Assembly (NCBI GenBank): GCA_001029675.1
Contig: CP011210.1
Span: 517,663 to 581,662 of the forward strand
DNA length: 64,000 nucleotides
Reading direction: 5' to 3'
Source: Candidatus Beckwithbacteria bacterium GW2011_GWC1_49_16
GTDB taxonomy: Bacteria > Patescibacteriota > Microgenomatia > UBA1400 > CG1-02-47-37
Notes under the pieces: model-generated
Told to the model about the DNA's origin: nothing
The model's input: only the letters and a program-made list of their open reading frames with translations
Database searches by the model: none
Shown: one piece after another, positions 53,602 through 63,475 of the stretch
Numbering within the stretch: position 1 is the stretch's first letter
Layout: every line of letters begins with the position of its first letter
Position numbers and translations under genes: made by a program

Positions 53602-54695
53602 GTGTATCTTTCCAGTTTGGTCTTGACAAAACTGGCCAGCATTTTTTTAATCTCGGGAATTGATTCCTGGGGGCAAACTAAAACGGCGTCGCTGGTGACG
53701 ACGACGACCATGCCTTTGACGTCGATGGCGGTGACCAGCTGGTCGGTAAAACCATAGACCAGGCTGTTTTTGGAGTTAAAGCAGACCACCCGGCCGCGGG
53801 TCAGGTTCTGGTTCGGACTGGTCTGAAGCGCTTCTTTCAAAGCTTCCCAGGTGCCGATGTCGCTCCAGCCCAGGTCGGCCGACAAGACCACGGCTTTTTG
53901 GGGAGAAAGTTTGGCTAAAATGGCGTCGTCGAAACTGATCTTTTTGAAAGCGGGGTAGATTTTCTCCAATTTTTTCTGGTGAGTTGGCGTGCCGTAGCTC
54001 ACCTGAAGTTCAACCAGCTTCGAGTACATTTGGGGCAAGTGTTTTTGGTACTGGCTCAAAACAAAACTGGGGTTGACGATAAAGTAGCCGGTGTTCCAGG
54101 CGTAGTGGCGCGAAGCAAAGTATTTTTCGGCTTGGTCCTGGCCGGGGCGGTAGTGCCAAGCTTTAAACTGTTTGAGGGAAAAGCCGTTGATTTGGCTTTC
54201 TTTTTGGCCAAACTTGATCCAACCCAAGTTTTGGTTGGCAAAACGGGGCTTTTGGCCGATGAAGACGATTTTGCCTTTGTGGTCTGAAACGTATTTGGCC
54301 CCCGAAGCCAGGATAGTTTTGAAGGTTTTGACCTTTTTTAATAGGTGATCGCTCCAGAGGATGGCTACCGGGCCATCGGGGTCTTCTTTGGCCAGAATGG
54401 CCATCAAGTAACCCACGGCCGGGGCGACGTCGCGCATCTTGGGTTCGGCGATTAAGTTTTGCTTGGGTAACTGGGGCAACTGCTTTCTTATCAGGGGCGA
54501 GTAGGCCTCACCAGAAGAAACATAAATGTTCTCCCAGGGGGTTTCGGGCCGCAACCTGCCGACTGCCAACTGTAAGGTGGACAGGTCACCGATAATCCGC
54601 TCAAACTGTTTGGGGGTTTTTTTGCGGCTTAAGGGCCACATCCGGGTACCGACCCCGCCGGCGAAAATGACCGCTCTTAGTGATGATTTTTCCAT
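53598..54695 (-). CDS. sugar-1-phosphate nucleotidyltransferase (mannose-1-P guanylyltransferase-like)
   Basis: 'RAVIFAGGVGTRMWPLSRKKTPKQF' NTP-transferase signature. Confidence 0.7.
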   Translation of the reverse strand: MEKSSLRAVIFAGGVGTRMWPLSRKKTPKQFERIIGDLSTLQLAVGRLRPETPWENIYVSSGEAYSPLIRKQLPQLPKQNLIAEPKMRDVAPAVGYLMAILAKEDPDGPVAILWSDHLLKKVKTFKTILASGAKYVSDHKGKIVFIGQKPRFANQNLGWIKFGQKESQINGFSLKQFKAWHYRPGQDQAEKYFASRHYAWNTGYFIVNPSFVLSQYQKHLPQMYSKLVELQVSYGTPTHQKKLEKIYPAFKKISFDDAILAKLSPQKAVVLSADLGWSDIGTWEALKEALQTSPNQNLTRGRVVCFNSKNSLVYGFTDQLVTAIDVKGMVVVVTSDAVLVCPQESIPEIKKMLASFVKTKLERYT

Positions 54696-55795
54696 AATGA
54701 TTTGACTTGGCGCTTTAAGTTTTTGGCAAAGGTGTCATAGTTAAAGTTTTCGGCCTGGCTTTTAATGGCGGCAGCGTTAAATTTGAGTGAATTAAATCTT
54801 TTCACAGAAGCCGCCATGCTGTCAACTGTCTGAGCCGCAAAAAATATGCCGGTTTTATTATCGACGACGGTTTCAGTCGCCCCGCCTTTTTTAAAAGCGA
54901 TGACCGGACGGCCGGCAGCTTGGGCCTCAACGGCGACGATGCCAAAGTCTTCTTCTTGGGGCATGACTAAAGCCCGGCAATGCTGGTAGAGGCTGACCAA
55001 ATTTTTCTCGCCGACCTCACCCAATAAGTAAACGCTGGGCCCGGCCAGACTTTTTAAGCGACCCTCTTCCCTGCCACTGCCGACGATGACTAAGTTTTGC
55101 CTAAGCTGGTTAAAAACTTTAATCGCCAGGTCGACTTTTTTGTACGGGGTAAGGCGGGAAACTACTAGAAAGTAATCCGTAAACCGTAAACCGTAATTAG
55201 TAATTTTTTTAGAAAACTTGGCGGTGTCGACGGGAGGGTAAATCACTTCCGAATCACGATGGTAATATTTTTTAAGTCTTTTTTTGACGGTTTGGGAAAT
55301 AGCCAGATAGTGGTCGGGGCGGCTGGCGCCGACCAGGTCTGCCCGTTTAAGATAAGGGGCGGCGGCGGCAAAGACTTTTTTCCCCAGCCTTGAAAAGCGA
55401 CCTAAGCCGGGGGCATCAAGATAGCTCTGATGGTGAGACCAAAGATAGCGGGTGGGAGTTAGACAGTAACAAAGGTGGCTGGTTTGGGGCTTGGTGACGA
55501 TGGTTTTGGCTTCGGCCGAAGCCACCGAAATGACTAAGTCGAACTGGTCGAAATTAAACGACTCAAAAGCCAACGGCGCCAGCCAGGGATAAAGCTCGTG
55601 GTGGGTTTTGGCTAAAGGCCAGCCTTGAAGAAAAGAGGAGGTTACTTGAGGGAAAACCTTGGCCCAGCCGGCTCCGACTGAATCGTAAACGCTGGTATAC
55701 AAAGGCGCCTCAGGCCAAAGACGATGTAAAGCTAGTAAAATTCTTTCTGCCCCGCCGACTTTGACTACCCGATCGTAAACTAAAGCCAAGTTCAT
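54677..55795 (-). CDS. glycosyltransferase family 4
   Basis: C-terminal 'EDFGIVAVEAQAAGRPVIA' (E-x7-E GT4 motif). Confidence 0.75.
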   Translation of the reverse strand: MNLALVYDRVVKVGGAERILLALHRLWPEAPLYTSVYDSVGAGWAKVFPQVTSSFLQGWPLAKTHHELYPWLAPLAFESFNFDQFDLVISVASAEAKTIVTKPQTSHLCYCLTPTRYLWSHHQSYLDAPGLGRFSRLGKKVFAAAAPYLKRADLVGASRPDHYLAISQTVKKRLKKYYHRDSEVIYPPVDTAKFSKKITNYGLRFTDYFLVVSRLTPYKKVDLAIKVFNQLRQNLVIVGSGREEGRLKSLAGPSVYLLGEVGEKNLVSLYQHCRALVMPQEEDFGIVAVEAQAAGRPVIAFKKGGATETVVDNKTGIFFAAQTVDSMAASVKRFNSLKFNAAAIKSQAENFNYDTFAKNLKRQVKSLWKNHH

Positions 55796-56940
55796 GGACT
55801 AAGCACTTTCTGGTAGGCGGCTAAAGTCAGCCGGGCGGTTTTATCCCAGGAATAGGTGGCGGCCTTGGACTTGCCGGCCTTGATCATCTGGGCGCGGTCT
55901 TTTGAAGAAAAGTTTAGAAGCAAATTAATTTTGTCGACTATCTGGCCTAAGTTCTGGGGGTTAAAGTAGAGGGCGGCTGACCCATAGGCTTCGGGCATGG
56001 CGGCACGTTTAGCGGCCAAAACAGGGGTGCCGGCGGCCATGGCCTCGAGTCCTGGCAGGCCAAAGCCTTCAAGACGCGAGGCGGTGATAAAACCCAAGGA
56101 ATGCTGGTAAAGGGTTTTTAATTGCCTGTCAGTGACGAAGCGCAAAACCCGTACTTGTTTCTGGGCCTTGAGGCGGAAAATAATTTTTTTGAGGCGTTTT
56201 AAAAAGACTCCCCTGCCGGTAACAATCAGCAGATGAGTTTTAACGCCTTTTTGGTTGACCAGCTTTACTGCTTTAATTAATTGAATTAGGTTTTTATGGG
56301 GATAAGCGTTGCCGACAAAAATAAGGTAGGGTTTTTTGACTTGATATTTTAACTTCTCTTGGCTTTGGTTGAGGTAGATTTTATCTGGGGCTTCAGGAGT
56401 CACCAAGATTTTCCGGGCAGGAATTGGATAGAAATTTAAGATATCTTTTTTAGTCCATTTTGAAGGGGTGAGGATCAAACTAGAGTTTTTCACTGCCCGG
56501 CGAAAAATCCGGTGGTAGCCTAAACGCTTTATAAAGTAAATCAAGGGGAATCTGGTGGTGGTCTTAAGACCGATGGAATGGTGTTTTATCAAGTCGTGGA
56601 TAGTAACCACAAATTTACCCGAGAAAAAAAGCGGGGCGTTGAAGTGTAAAAAATGGGTTAAATCGGGCTTGATTGACCGAGCCAGCAGAGAAATTTGCCA
56701 GTGTTCGCTTAATGAATACGGGGCGGCCGACGAGGCAACAATATTAAATTGCTTAAATTGGCGCTTTAAACGCCCGACCAGCCCAGGTCGGGTCAGAAGG
56801 AAAAACTTAAACCCTTTTGGCTTGAGTTGGTAAAGGGCGGTCACCAGGGACCGGCTATAGCGGCCCAGGCCTGTGTGCTTGGGACCCCAAAACCTGGCGT
56901 CGATCAAAATTTTTTTCATCTTTGTTTCACGAGAGAACAA
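55792..56940 (-). CDS. glycosyltransferase family 4
   Basis: 'EGFGLPGLEAMAAGTPVLA' motif. Confidence 0.75.
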   Translation of the reverse strand: MFSRETKMKKILIDARFWGPKHTGLGRYSRSLVTALYQLKPKGFKFFLLTRPGLVGRLKRQFKQFNIVASSAAPYSLSEHWQISLLARSIKPDLTHFLHFNAPLFFSGKFVVTIHDLIKHHSIGLKTTTRFPLIYFIKRLGYHRIFRRAVKNSSLILTPSKWTKKDILNFYPIPARKILVTPEAPDKIYLNQSQEKLKYQVKKPYLIFVGNAYPHKNLIQLIKAVKLVNQKGVKTHLLIVTGRGVFLKRLKKIIFRLKAQKQVRVLRFVTDRQLKTLYQHSLGFITASRLEGFGLPGLEAMAAGTPVLAAKRAAMPEAYGSAALYFNPQNLGQIVDKINLLLNFSSKDRAQMIKAGKSKAATYSWDKTARLTLAAYQKVLSP

Positions 56941-57802
56941 TTTTTAGGTGTTTGACCTTTTCTACTAGGTAAATGCCTAGAAAAATGAGCCAACGCAGCG
57001 GAAAAATGTAGCGCTTGTTATAGTGTTTTCTGTAGAAAATTTTCATGGCTTCAAAAAAGTTTTTGTTGGTCACCAGGCGTTGTTTTTTAGCAGGAGCGGC
57101 CAATCCCGAAGCTCCTTTCAGGTGGGTAATTTTAGTGATCGGGGTGAAAACAATCTGCCAACCGGCTTGTTTGATTCTGAAGGCTAAATCCAGATCTTCA
57201 CCGTACATAAAAAAGGCTTCATCCAACAAGCCCGCCTGATTTAAGGCTTCCCGCTTTAAGAAAAAGAAGGCGCCGACGGGCGAGTCGATCTCGTGGGTGA
57301 CAGACAAGTCTTTCCAACCCTGGTGGTATTGGCTGAAAAAGCGCGAACGGGGAAAAAGTTTTTCTAAACCAAAGTAATAGGTAAAAGCGGCCCAAGGAGT
57401 GGGAAAACCCCGATGAGAAGCGGGGTCAATTTTACCACTTTTTAAAATCACCTTACAGGTAGACAACCCCACCTTAGGGTGTTGATCCATAAAATTAACC
57501 ATTTTGACCAGGGTGTCTTTTTGTAGCAAAGTGTCGGAGTTCAAAAGCAACTGGTAGCGGCCTTTGGCATAACGCAAGCCCAAGTTATTGCCGCCGGCAA
57601 AGCCGAGGTTTTTTTCTGTCACCACCACCTTGACTAAGGGAAATTTTTTTCTGACCAGTTTAGGGGTACCGTCTTGAGAGTGGTTGTCGACTAGAATCAC
57701 TTCGAATTTGCCGAGAGGTTTTTTGGCGGCAAAGACCGAGGCCAAAGTCTTTAAGGTCAGGGCGCGAGTTTTGTAGTTGACGATGATCACTGATAAATCC
57801 AT
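56927..57802 (-). CDS. glycosyltransferase family 2
   Basis: 'LSVIIVNYKTRALTLKTLASV...VILVDNHSQDGT' and DxD 'LLNSDT'. Confidence 0.8.
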   Translation of the reverse strand: MDLSVIIVNYKTRALTLKTLASVFAAKKPLGKFEVILVDNHSQDGTPKLVRKKFPLVKVVVTEKNLGFAGGNNLGLRYAKGRYQLLLNSDTLLQKDTLVKMVNFMDQHPKVGLSTCKVILKSGKIDPASHRGFPTPWAAFTYYFGLEKLFPRSRFFSQYHQGWKDLSVTHEIDSPVGAFFFLKREALNQAGLLDEAFFMYGEDLDLAFRIKQAGWQIVFTPITKITHLKGASGLAAPAKKQRLVTNKNFFEAMKIFYRKHYNKRYIFPLRWLIFLGIYLVEKVKHLKIVLS

Positions 57803-57806
57803 AAGT

Positions 57807-59006
57807 TTAATTTTTGCCCATTTCTTGATAGATTTTATCCAAGTCTTGAGAGATGATTTTCCAGTTGTAGCGGCTCAAAATGAGTTTTTTGGCGTTTGAG
57901 GAGATTTTTTTTGCCAACTTGGGCCGGGTCAGAAGTTTAAGGGTCTTTTGGGCCAAGTCGGAAGCGGTTTCGGCGACTAAAACCGCTTGGTTGTTTTTGG
58001 CTGCGATGCCTTCGATGCCTAAAGCGGTGGTGACCACCGGGACCGAAGAGGCCATGGCTTCGAGGACCTTGTATTTGGTCCCCCGGCCATTCCTTATGGG
58101 CGCCAGAAGCACACTGGCTCGAGAAAAAGCCTGGCGGATGTCTTTGAGGTCGCCGGTAACATTGACGTCTTTTTGGTCTTTTAGCGCCAGAATTTGGGTG
58201 GTGGGGTTGCGGCCGACGATCCAGAGTTTAGTCCGGGGCAGTTTTTGTTTAATCTTGGGCCAGATTTTACGGGTCAGAAACAGGGCGGCGTCTTTGTTGG
58301 GCAGCCATTTGAAGTTGCCGACAAAAAGAACGGTCAGTCGCCCACCCTTTATTGAAGGGGTTTTGGCAAAATAGTCGATATCGACGCCGTTGGCGACGAC
58401 GTCGACTGGTTTGTCCTTGACGGTTTTAGCCATGATCTTTTTGTCGGCCTCTGACATGGCGGCCAATCGGGAAGCTTTTTGCCAAAAATATTTTTCCCAG
58501 AGCTTGATTTTAAACACGTCAAAGTAAAGTAGCGGTTTTAAAGGGGCAAACTTAAAGTTTTCGACAAAGCGTTGATAAACCAGGTGTTCGATGGTCTGCT
58601 CGACTAAAAGTACCGGGGCAGAAACGGCAGGCAGGTTAGGCATGACGTAAAAGGTTTCGGCGTGGATCAGGTCGTAGTTGGCGCTTGACAACTCTCTGGT
58701 CAGGCGGCGGCGTAAAGACCGGGAAAGGTAAATAGCCACTAAAAAAGGGTAAGGTGTCAAAATGGACAAAAAAATGTTTCTTAGGTCCCAGGCCCGGCGG
58801 CGTTTGATCAAAACAACCTTTTGGCAGAATTTTTTTAAGCTTTTGGCGTAGACCCTTTCTTTCTCTTCCCTGATAAAGCTAAATAAGGTGATCTTGTGGT
58901 TAACGCTTAAGTGTTTTAACAGGTTATAACTTCTGATCTGGCCACCGGAGTAGAGCGGGTAGGGTAAATACGGAGTCAGCATCAAAATCTTCATAGGCCG
59001 GTGCAA
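57807..59006 (-). CDS. glycosyltransferase family 4
   Basis: 'KILMLTPYLPYPLYSGGQIRSYNLLKHL' N-terminal domain, 'KVLEAMASSVPVVTT' C-terminal motif. Confidence 0.75.
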   Translation of the reverse strand: MHRPMKILMLTPYLPYPLYSGGQIRSYNLLKHLSVNHKITLFSFIREEKERVYAKSLKKFCQKVVLIKRRRAWDLRNIFLSILTPYPFLVAIYLSRSLRRRLTRELSSANYDLIHAETFYVMPNLPAVSAPVLLVEQTIEHLVYQRFVENFKFAPLKPLLYFDVFKIKLWEKYFWQKASRLAAMSEADKKIMAKTVKDKPVDVVANGVDIDYFAKTPSIKGGRLTVLFVGNFKWLPNKDAALFLTRKIWPKIKQKLPRTKLWIVGRNPTTQILALKDQKDVNVTGDLKDIRQAFSRASVLLAPIRNGRGTKYKVLEAMASSVPVVTTALGIEGIAAKNNQAVLVAETASDLAQKTLKLLTRPKLAKKISSNAKKLILSRYNWKIISQDLDKIYQEMGKN

Positions 59007-60424
59007 TCGGTTAAGTCAAGGATCAAGTACTGGTCGGTTTTTTCCAGCGTCTGGCAGCGGTCTTCAAAATATGAAGCGACGGAGTCAAAGTTGACAGTGA
59101 CGTAGTGAGTGGCGCCGGCAGCTATTTTGTCTTCGATGTCGACTCCCAAGGGCCAACCGGAGCGGTTGGTCTGGTACAAAAAGGCCGGGTCGGCGTCGTA
59201 GGCAGCGATCACCAGCGCATCCTTTGGGGTAAGCCGGTCGACGGCTTGACCGGCAGCGACTATCTCCCAGTGGTTGACGTTGAAAAAACCTCTGACCTCG
59301 TACCAGCCGAAGCCAAAAGAAATTACCAGCAAGGCGGCGGCGGCGGCGGCGGAAAAGACTTTACCGCCCCAAGATTTAGCCTGATCGACAAGAAACCAGA
59401 AACCCAAAGCCACCAGGATGGAACCGACCGGCAAAAGCGGCAGCTGGTAGTAGTCGTGGGTGACGTTGCCCATGGCAAAAATCACCAGGTACAAAACGAC
59501 TGATATTAACCAGGTTAATACCAGACGACGGTTTCTATCCTGGTAAGAATTTAAAATGCCGACGATAAAAAGGACAAAGCCGCCGGTGGCAAAAATGAGC
59601 CGGTTTAAACGTTCAAAAATCAGCCAGCGAAAATAGGCGCCGGTAAAACGGATGCCGGTTTGGTTAAACAGCCAGTTGGTGTCGAAGTTGGCTTCGGGGT
59701 GAGCCAGATAATGGTAGCGCCATAAAACAAAGGGGGCCAGGGAGAAAAAGGCGATAAAATAGGCTTGGGGGTTTTTGAAGACAGCGGCTTTTTTGTGGGC
59801 AAGAACAAAGTAAACCATGGGCAGGGCGACAAACAAGGCGTACGGCTTAACCAAAACAGCCAAGGCAAGGGTAAGGCTGGTTAAAAAGGCGTCGCGCCAG
59901 CGATTTGATTTGACCCAGAGGACAAAAAAATAGAGGCTTATTATAGACAGGCTGACAAAAGTCGGGTCGGGCATGATTACCCGACCGTAATAGATGTTAT
60001 AAGGGTTAAAGGCGTAAAAGAAAGCGGCAATCAGGGCGACTTTGGGTTTAAAAAGTTTTAAAGTAAAAAGGTATAAAAAGACGGCCCCAAGACTGGCAAA
60101 AAAAACGCTGACCAAGCGGGCGATGGCCTCGTTGATGCCAAAGGTACGGTAAAGCAGGGCGACGATGGCGTTGTAGAAAGGAAACTCGTTGATAAATAAC
60201 CTTTGGGGGTTTTCCAACTGTTTGGGGTTTAAAGGCAGCAAGCTGTCAGACTGGGGGTAGAGAAGGTTAAAATTACCCTTGACAAAGTTGCGGGCGACGG
60301 CGGCGGTGTCGGCTTGACGCCAAGAGTGCCAGTCGGCCACCGGGTTGTCGATCCGGTAAAGCCGAGGGGCAAAAGTGGCAGCAAAAACTGCCAAGCCGGT
60401 TAAAAAGATTTTTGATTTTTCCAC
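58991..60424 (-). CDS. GT-C fold membrane glycosyltransferase (ArnT/PMT-like)
   Basis: About 12 predicted TM segments. First-loop motif 'DWHSWRQADTAAVARNF' resembles the DE..Y..A.R box of ArnT/PMT enzymes. Confidence 0.6.
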   Translation of the reverse strand: MEKSKIFLTGLAVFAATFAPRLYRIDNPVADWHSWRQADTAAVARNFVKGNFNLLYPQSDSLLPLNPKQLENPQRLFINEFPFYNAIVALLYRTFGINEAIARLVSVFFASLGAVFLYLFTLKLFKPKVALIAAFFYAFNPYNIYYGRVIMPDPTFVSLSIISLYFFVLWVKSNRWRDAFLTSLTLALAVLVKPYALFVALPMVYFVLAHKKAAVFKNPQAYFIAFFSLAPFVLWRYHYLAHPEANFDTNWLFNQTGIRFTGAYFRWLIFERLNRLIFATGGFVLFIVGILNSYQDRNRRLVLTWLISVVLYLVIFAMGNVTHDYYQLPLLPVGSILVALGFWFLVDQAKSWGGKVFSAAAAAALLVISFGFGWYEVRGFFNVNHWEIVAAGQAVDRLTPKDALVIAAYDADPAFLYQTNRSGWPLGVDIEDKIAAGATHYVTVNFDSVASYFEDRCQTLEKTDQYLILDLTDCTGL

Positions 60425-62016
60425 TTTACTGCTAGGGCTAAAATCAGGCCGATTAAAGACCAGTAGGCGTAGGCGACTTTGGAAGCTTCAAAGACGTCGA
60501 TATAGGTAGCATTGACCAGCATGCCGACAGTGGCGCCAATGCCGGCGGCAAACAGGCCAAAGTGAAGCGGGTCGCGAGCTTTCTTTAATGAGGCAAATAA
60601 AGTTTTGATGACGACAAAAATAATCGCCAGGAAAGAAACAAATCCCAAAAGGCCGGTTTCGCCCAAAAGCCTTAAGTAGTCGTTGTCGGTGGATTCGGCC
60701 GTAGTAAACTCCCAAACGTGGGCTTTAACCAGGGTCGAGTAACCGGTGCCCAAAAGCGGGTTTGTTTTTAAAGCTTTAACGGCGTTGGGCCAGAGAACGT
60801 CCAGGCGAATGCCGGCTGACAGGCCGTATTTCAAGGCGTTTTCCGAATAGCTTATTTCCACCGAGGTTTCGGGTGAGGCGGTGGCTAAGTAAGCCACCAG
60901 CTTTTCGTAGGTGTCGTCGTAGACGTCGGCCGGTCTGATTTTGGGGCTAGGGAGAACTGTGGTTGGAGGAATGTCGGTCCGGGTGGCCACCAGGCTCAAC
61001 TGCTGTTCTGGAGTCAAGTTGGTGTCCAAGGGAATTCCGCCCTCCGGAGGCGAGCGAAAAGGCTTAACCAAAAAAGCCCTGATGCCCTCGAGTTTAAAAA
61101 CGTGGGAGAATCTTTCGGATAAATCGCCGAAGGAAAGCATCACCAACAGACTCAAAGAGACCACGCCCAGCCAGCGGGTCAAAACCCAAAGCCAGCGTTT
61201 TTTAAAAGCAAGTAAGCCAAGAGCAACACTGATGCCGACCATGTAAGCCAGCCAAGAAGTACGGGAGGCAGACAAAATTAACAGCCAATACTCCAAAATG
61301 ACGGTAAAAAAGATGACGGCCCGCAGGCGCCAGGACTTAACCAAGAAACCCAAGACGATCAAGGGGATAATGGTAATCATCACATAAGCGGCCAGATCGA
61401 AGTGGCCGCCAAAAGTCGACAAAACCCGGGCGTGCTCGGTCAAGTACAAAGCCACGCCTTTACTAAACTCGCGATTCATGGTCGAGTAGGCCGGCCAATA
61501 GAGATATTTTTGGCCGTAGCCGTAGATGGTGACGCCAAAAACGGCCGCGCCCAATAACAAGAGGAAGTTTTTAATTTGCTTGGGGTGCTTTAAGGCGAAA
61601 AAAAAGATAAAAAAGAGGGAAAAATATTCAAGGCGGCGAAACCAATGAAGAAAGATTTTGGCAATTTGCAAGTACTCGGGGTTGACGGTGCGGGTGACAA
61701 AAATGGCCGAGAGAACGGAGAGAAAGCCGACGACCAAGTAGAAAGCCACCGGCTTAAATAAAGGGGCTTTGACCGGCTTGATCTTGCCCCTTATCACTTG
61801 AATTAAGAAAAAGACAGCGGTGCCAAGAATAAGAAAATCTTCTAATCTCACCCTAACGTTGTAGCCCGGCAGAATGTCAAACAAAGGCCATTTGGGATAA
61901 AGGGGCAGAAAGATGATTAGAAAACCGGCGATGACAGTGAGTAGGTTCTGATCAAGCCAGTTTAAAAGCTTGGGTGTAGACTTCATATTTATTTTTATCT
62001 TGTAAGATGATACCAA
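60400..62016 (-). CDS. O-antigen ligase/polymerase-family (Wzy_C) membrane protein
   Basis: Polytopic. 'AHVWEFTTAESTDNDYLRLLGETGLLGF' matches the H...Y...L.E.G..G Wzy_C motif. Large periplasmic loop. Confidence 0.6.
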   Translation of the reverse strand: MVSSYKIKINMKSTPKLLNWLDQNLLTVIAGFLIIFLPLYPKWPLFDILPGYNVRVRLEDFLILGTAVFFLIQVIRGKIKPVKAPLFKPVAFYLVVGFLSVLSAIFVTRTVNPEYLQIAKIFLHWFRRLEYFSLFFIFFFALKHPKQIKNFLLLLGAAVFGVTIYGYGQKYLYWPAYSTMNREFSKGVALYLTEHARVLSTFGGHFDLAAYVMITIIPLIVLGFLVKSWRLRAVIFFTVILEYWLLILSASRTSWLAYMVGISVALGLLAFKKRWLWVLTRWLGVVSLSLLVMLSFGDLSERFSHVFKLEGIRAFLVKPFRSPPEGGIPLDTNLTPEQQLSLVATRTDIPPTTVLPSPKIRPADVYDDTYEKLVAYLATASPETSVEISYSENALKYGLSAGIRLDVLWPNAVKALKTNPLLGTGYSTLVKAHVWEFTTAESTDNDYLRLLGETGLLGFVSFLAIIFVVIKTLFASLKKARDPLHFGLFAAGIGATVGMLVNATYIDVFEASKVAYAYWSLIGLILALAVKWKNQKSF

Positions 62017-62842
62017 AAATTATCACTCTTAACACGGCGCCAATTTTTAATAACCACCTTAGCGCCGGATATTCCCAAGCTGGTTTGTGCTTTTTATAAA
62101 CGTATTTTAAGCCTTGATACTCCCCCAAAACCGCTCCCCGACTTGAACCAGAAGCTTGACCCAAATGGGTCAGGCTGGGTCGGGAAAAGTAATAAGGGCT
62201 GATATTAAGCTTTTGGGCGCGCAGGCAAAAATCGACGTCTTCGGCGTACATAAAAATCGCTTCGTCAAAGCCACCAAGCTTTTTGAACAGACTAGCCTTG
62301 ACTAAAAGGGCGGTACCGCCTAACCAACCAGGGCGTTGGTCTGATTCAAAGAAACTGATGCGGCGCTGCTGGTAGGGTTTGACCAGCCGACCTAAAAGCG
62401 GCAGGTCGTCGACGAACAGCATCCAGGCAACCTGACGCGAGAGGCGGGGCAAAAAACCTCCCTGGGGTTGGATGGAGCCATCGGGGTTTAATAGACGACA
62501 AGAAGCGATTTGGGCTTTTACCTTTTGTGCTTCTTGCCAGAGAAGGCCGATGGTGTTTTTGCCAAGCAAAGTGTCGGAGTTTAAAAACCAGAGGTAGCGT
62601 CCAGTTGCCTTGTTAACTCCCAGGTTGTTGGCCCGGCCGAAGCCCAGGTTTTTGCCGGCGGTGACGAGCTTAACCTGGGGGAAGCGTTTTTTAACCATTT
62701 TAACGCTGCCGTCTTGGGAGTCGTTGTCGACGACGATAACCTCTTTTTTCAGTCGGTCGCGTGAGGCGTAAATGGTTTTAAGACAGCTTAATAAAACCTT
62801 TTTTGTATTAAAAGAAACGATAATGATTGATAAATCGACCAT
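61952..62842 (-). CDS. glycosyltransferase family 2
   Basis: 'LSIIIVSFNTKKVLLSCL...VIVVDNDSQDGS', 'FLNSDT'. Confidence 0.8.
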   Translation of the reverse strand: MVDLSIIIVSFNTKKVLLSCLKTIYASRDRLKKEVIVVDNDSQDGSVKMVKKRFPQVKLVTAGKNLGFGRANNLGVNKATGRYLWFLNSDTLLGKNTIGLLWQEAQKVKAQIASCRLLNPDGSIQPQGGFLPRLSRQVAWMLFVDDLPLLGRLVKPYQQRRISFFESDQRPGWLGGTALLVKASLFKKLGGFDEAIFMYAEDVDFCLRAQKLNISPYYFSRPSLTHLGQASGSSRGAVLGEYQGLKYVYKKHKPAWEYPALRWLLKIGAVLRVIIFGIILQDKNKYEVYTQAFKLA

Positions 62843-62869
62843 AAATTTCTAATTGACCTAATTTCTAAA

Positions 62870-63475
62870 TTATTGAAATAGTCTAGCTCTGCCCAAACGG
62901 TAATTGAGGTTTTTGACCCGGCGCCGGCCGATGGGGCGGGCGGGGATGCCGGCGACAATGGTTTTTTCAGGCACACTCTTGGTGACGACGGCGCCGGCGG
63001 CGACCACCGCTCCCCGGCCGAGAGTGACTCCGGGCATGATGATTGCCCGAGGGCCAACAAAACAAAAGTCTTTGATTTCCACCGGGAGGGTTACCGGGGC
63101 AAAATCATTAGAGTTAATGTCGTGCTTGCCGTTTAGGATCATCACCGAGCTGGCAATATCGACGTGGTTGCCGATGGCCAATTTATCCCGGCCGTCTAAG
63201 GTGGCGTGGTCGCCGATGATGGTACCGGAACCAACAAAGACGTTTTTGGGCTGGTAGAAGCGGGCGCCGATGTGGATGGTTGAGCGGCGGCCGATTTTGA
63301 CCCCTGAAAGTGAAAAAATAACTTTTCGCAAACTGTGGGAAGGTAAATAGCCCAAGAGCCATAATAGGGCTACCTTGGCGTCGAGGTAATAATTATAAAA
63401 GCGGTCGATAACTTTGGAGCCGGTTTGATTCCAAGTTAAAGGCTGGTCGTTTTTGTCTTTAAAGGGAGAACTCAT
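62870..63475 (-). CDS. hexapeptide-repeat (LbH) acyl/acetyltransferase, WcaF/maltose-O-acetyltransferase-like
   Basis: Repeats 'IGDHATLDG..KLAIGNHVDIAS' and 'VGPRAIIMPGVTLGRGAVVAAGAVV'. Confidence 0.7.
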   Translation of the reverse strand: MSSPFKDKNDQPLTWNQTGSKVIDRFYNYYLDAKVALLWLLGYLPSHSLRKVIFSLSGVKIGRRSTIHIGARFYQPKNVFVGSGTIIGDHATLDGRDKLAIGNHVDIASSVMILNGKHDINSNDFAPVTLPVEIKDFCFVGPRAIIMPGVTLGRGAVVAAGAVVTKSVPEKTIVAGIPARPIGRRRVKNLNYRLGRARLFQ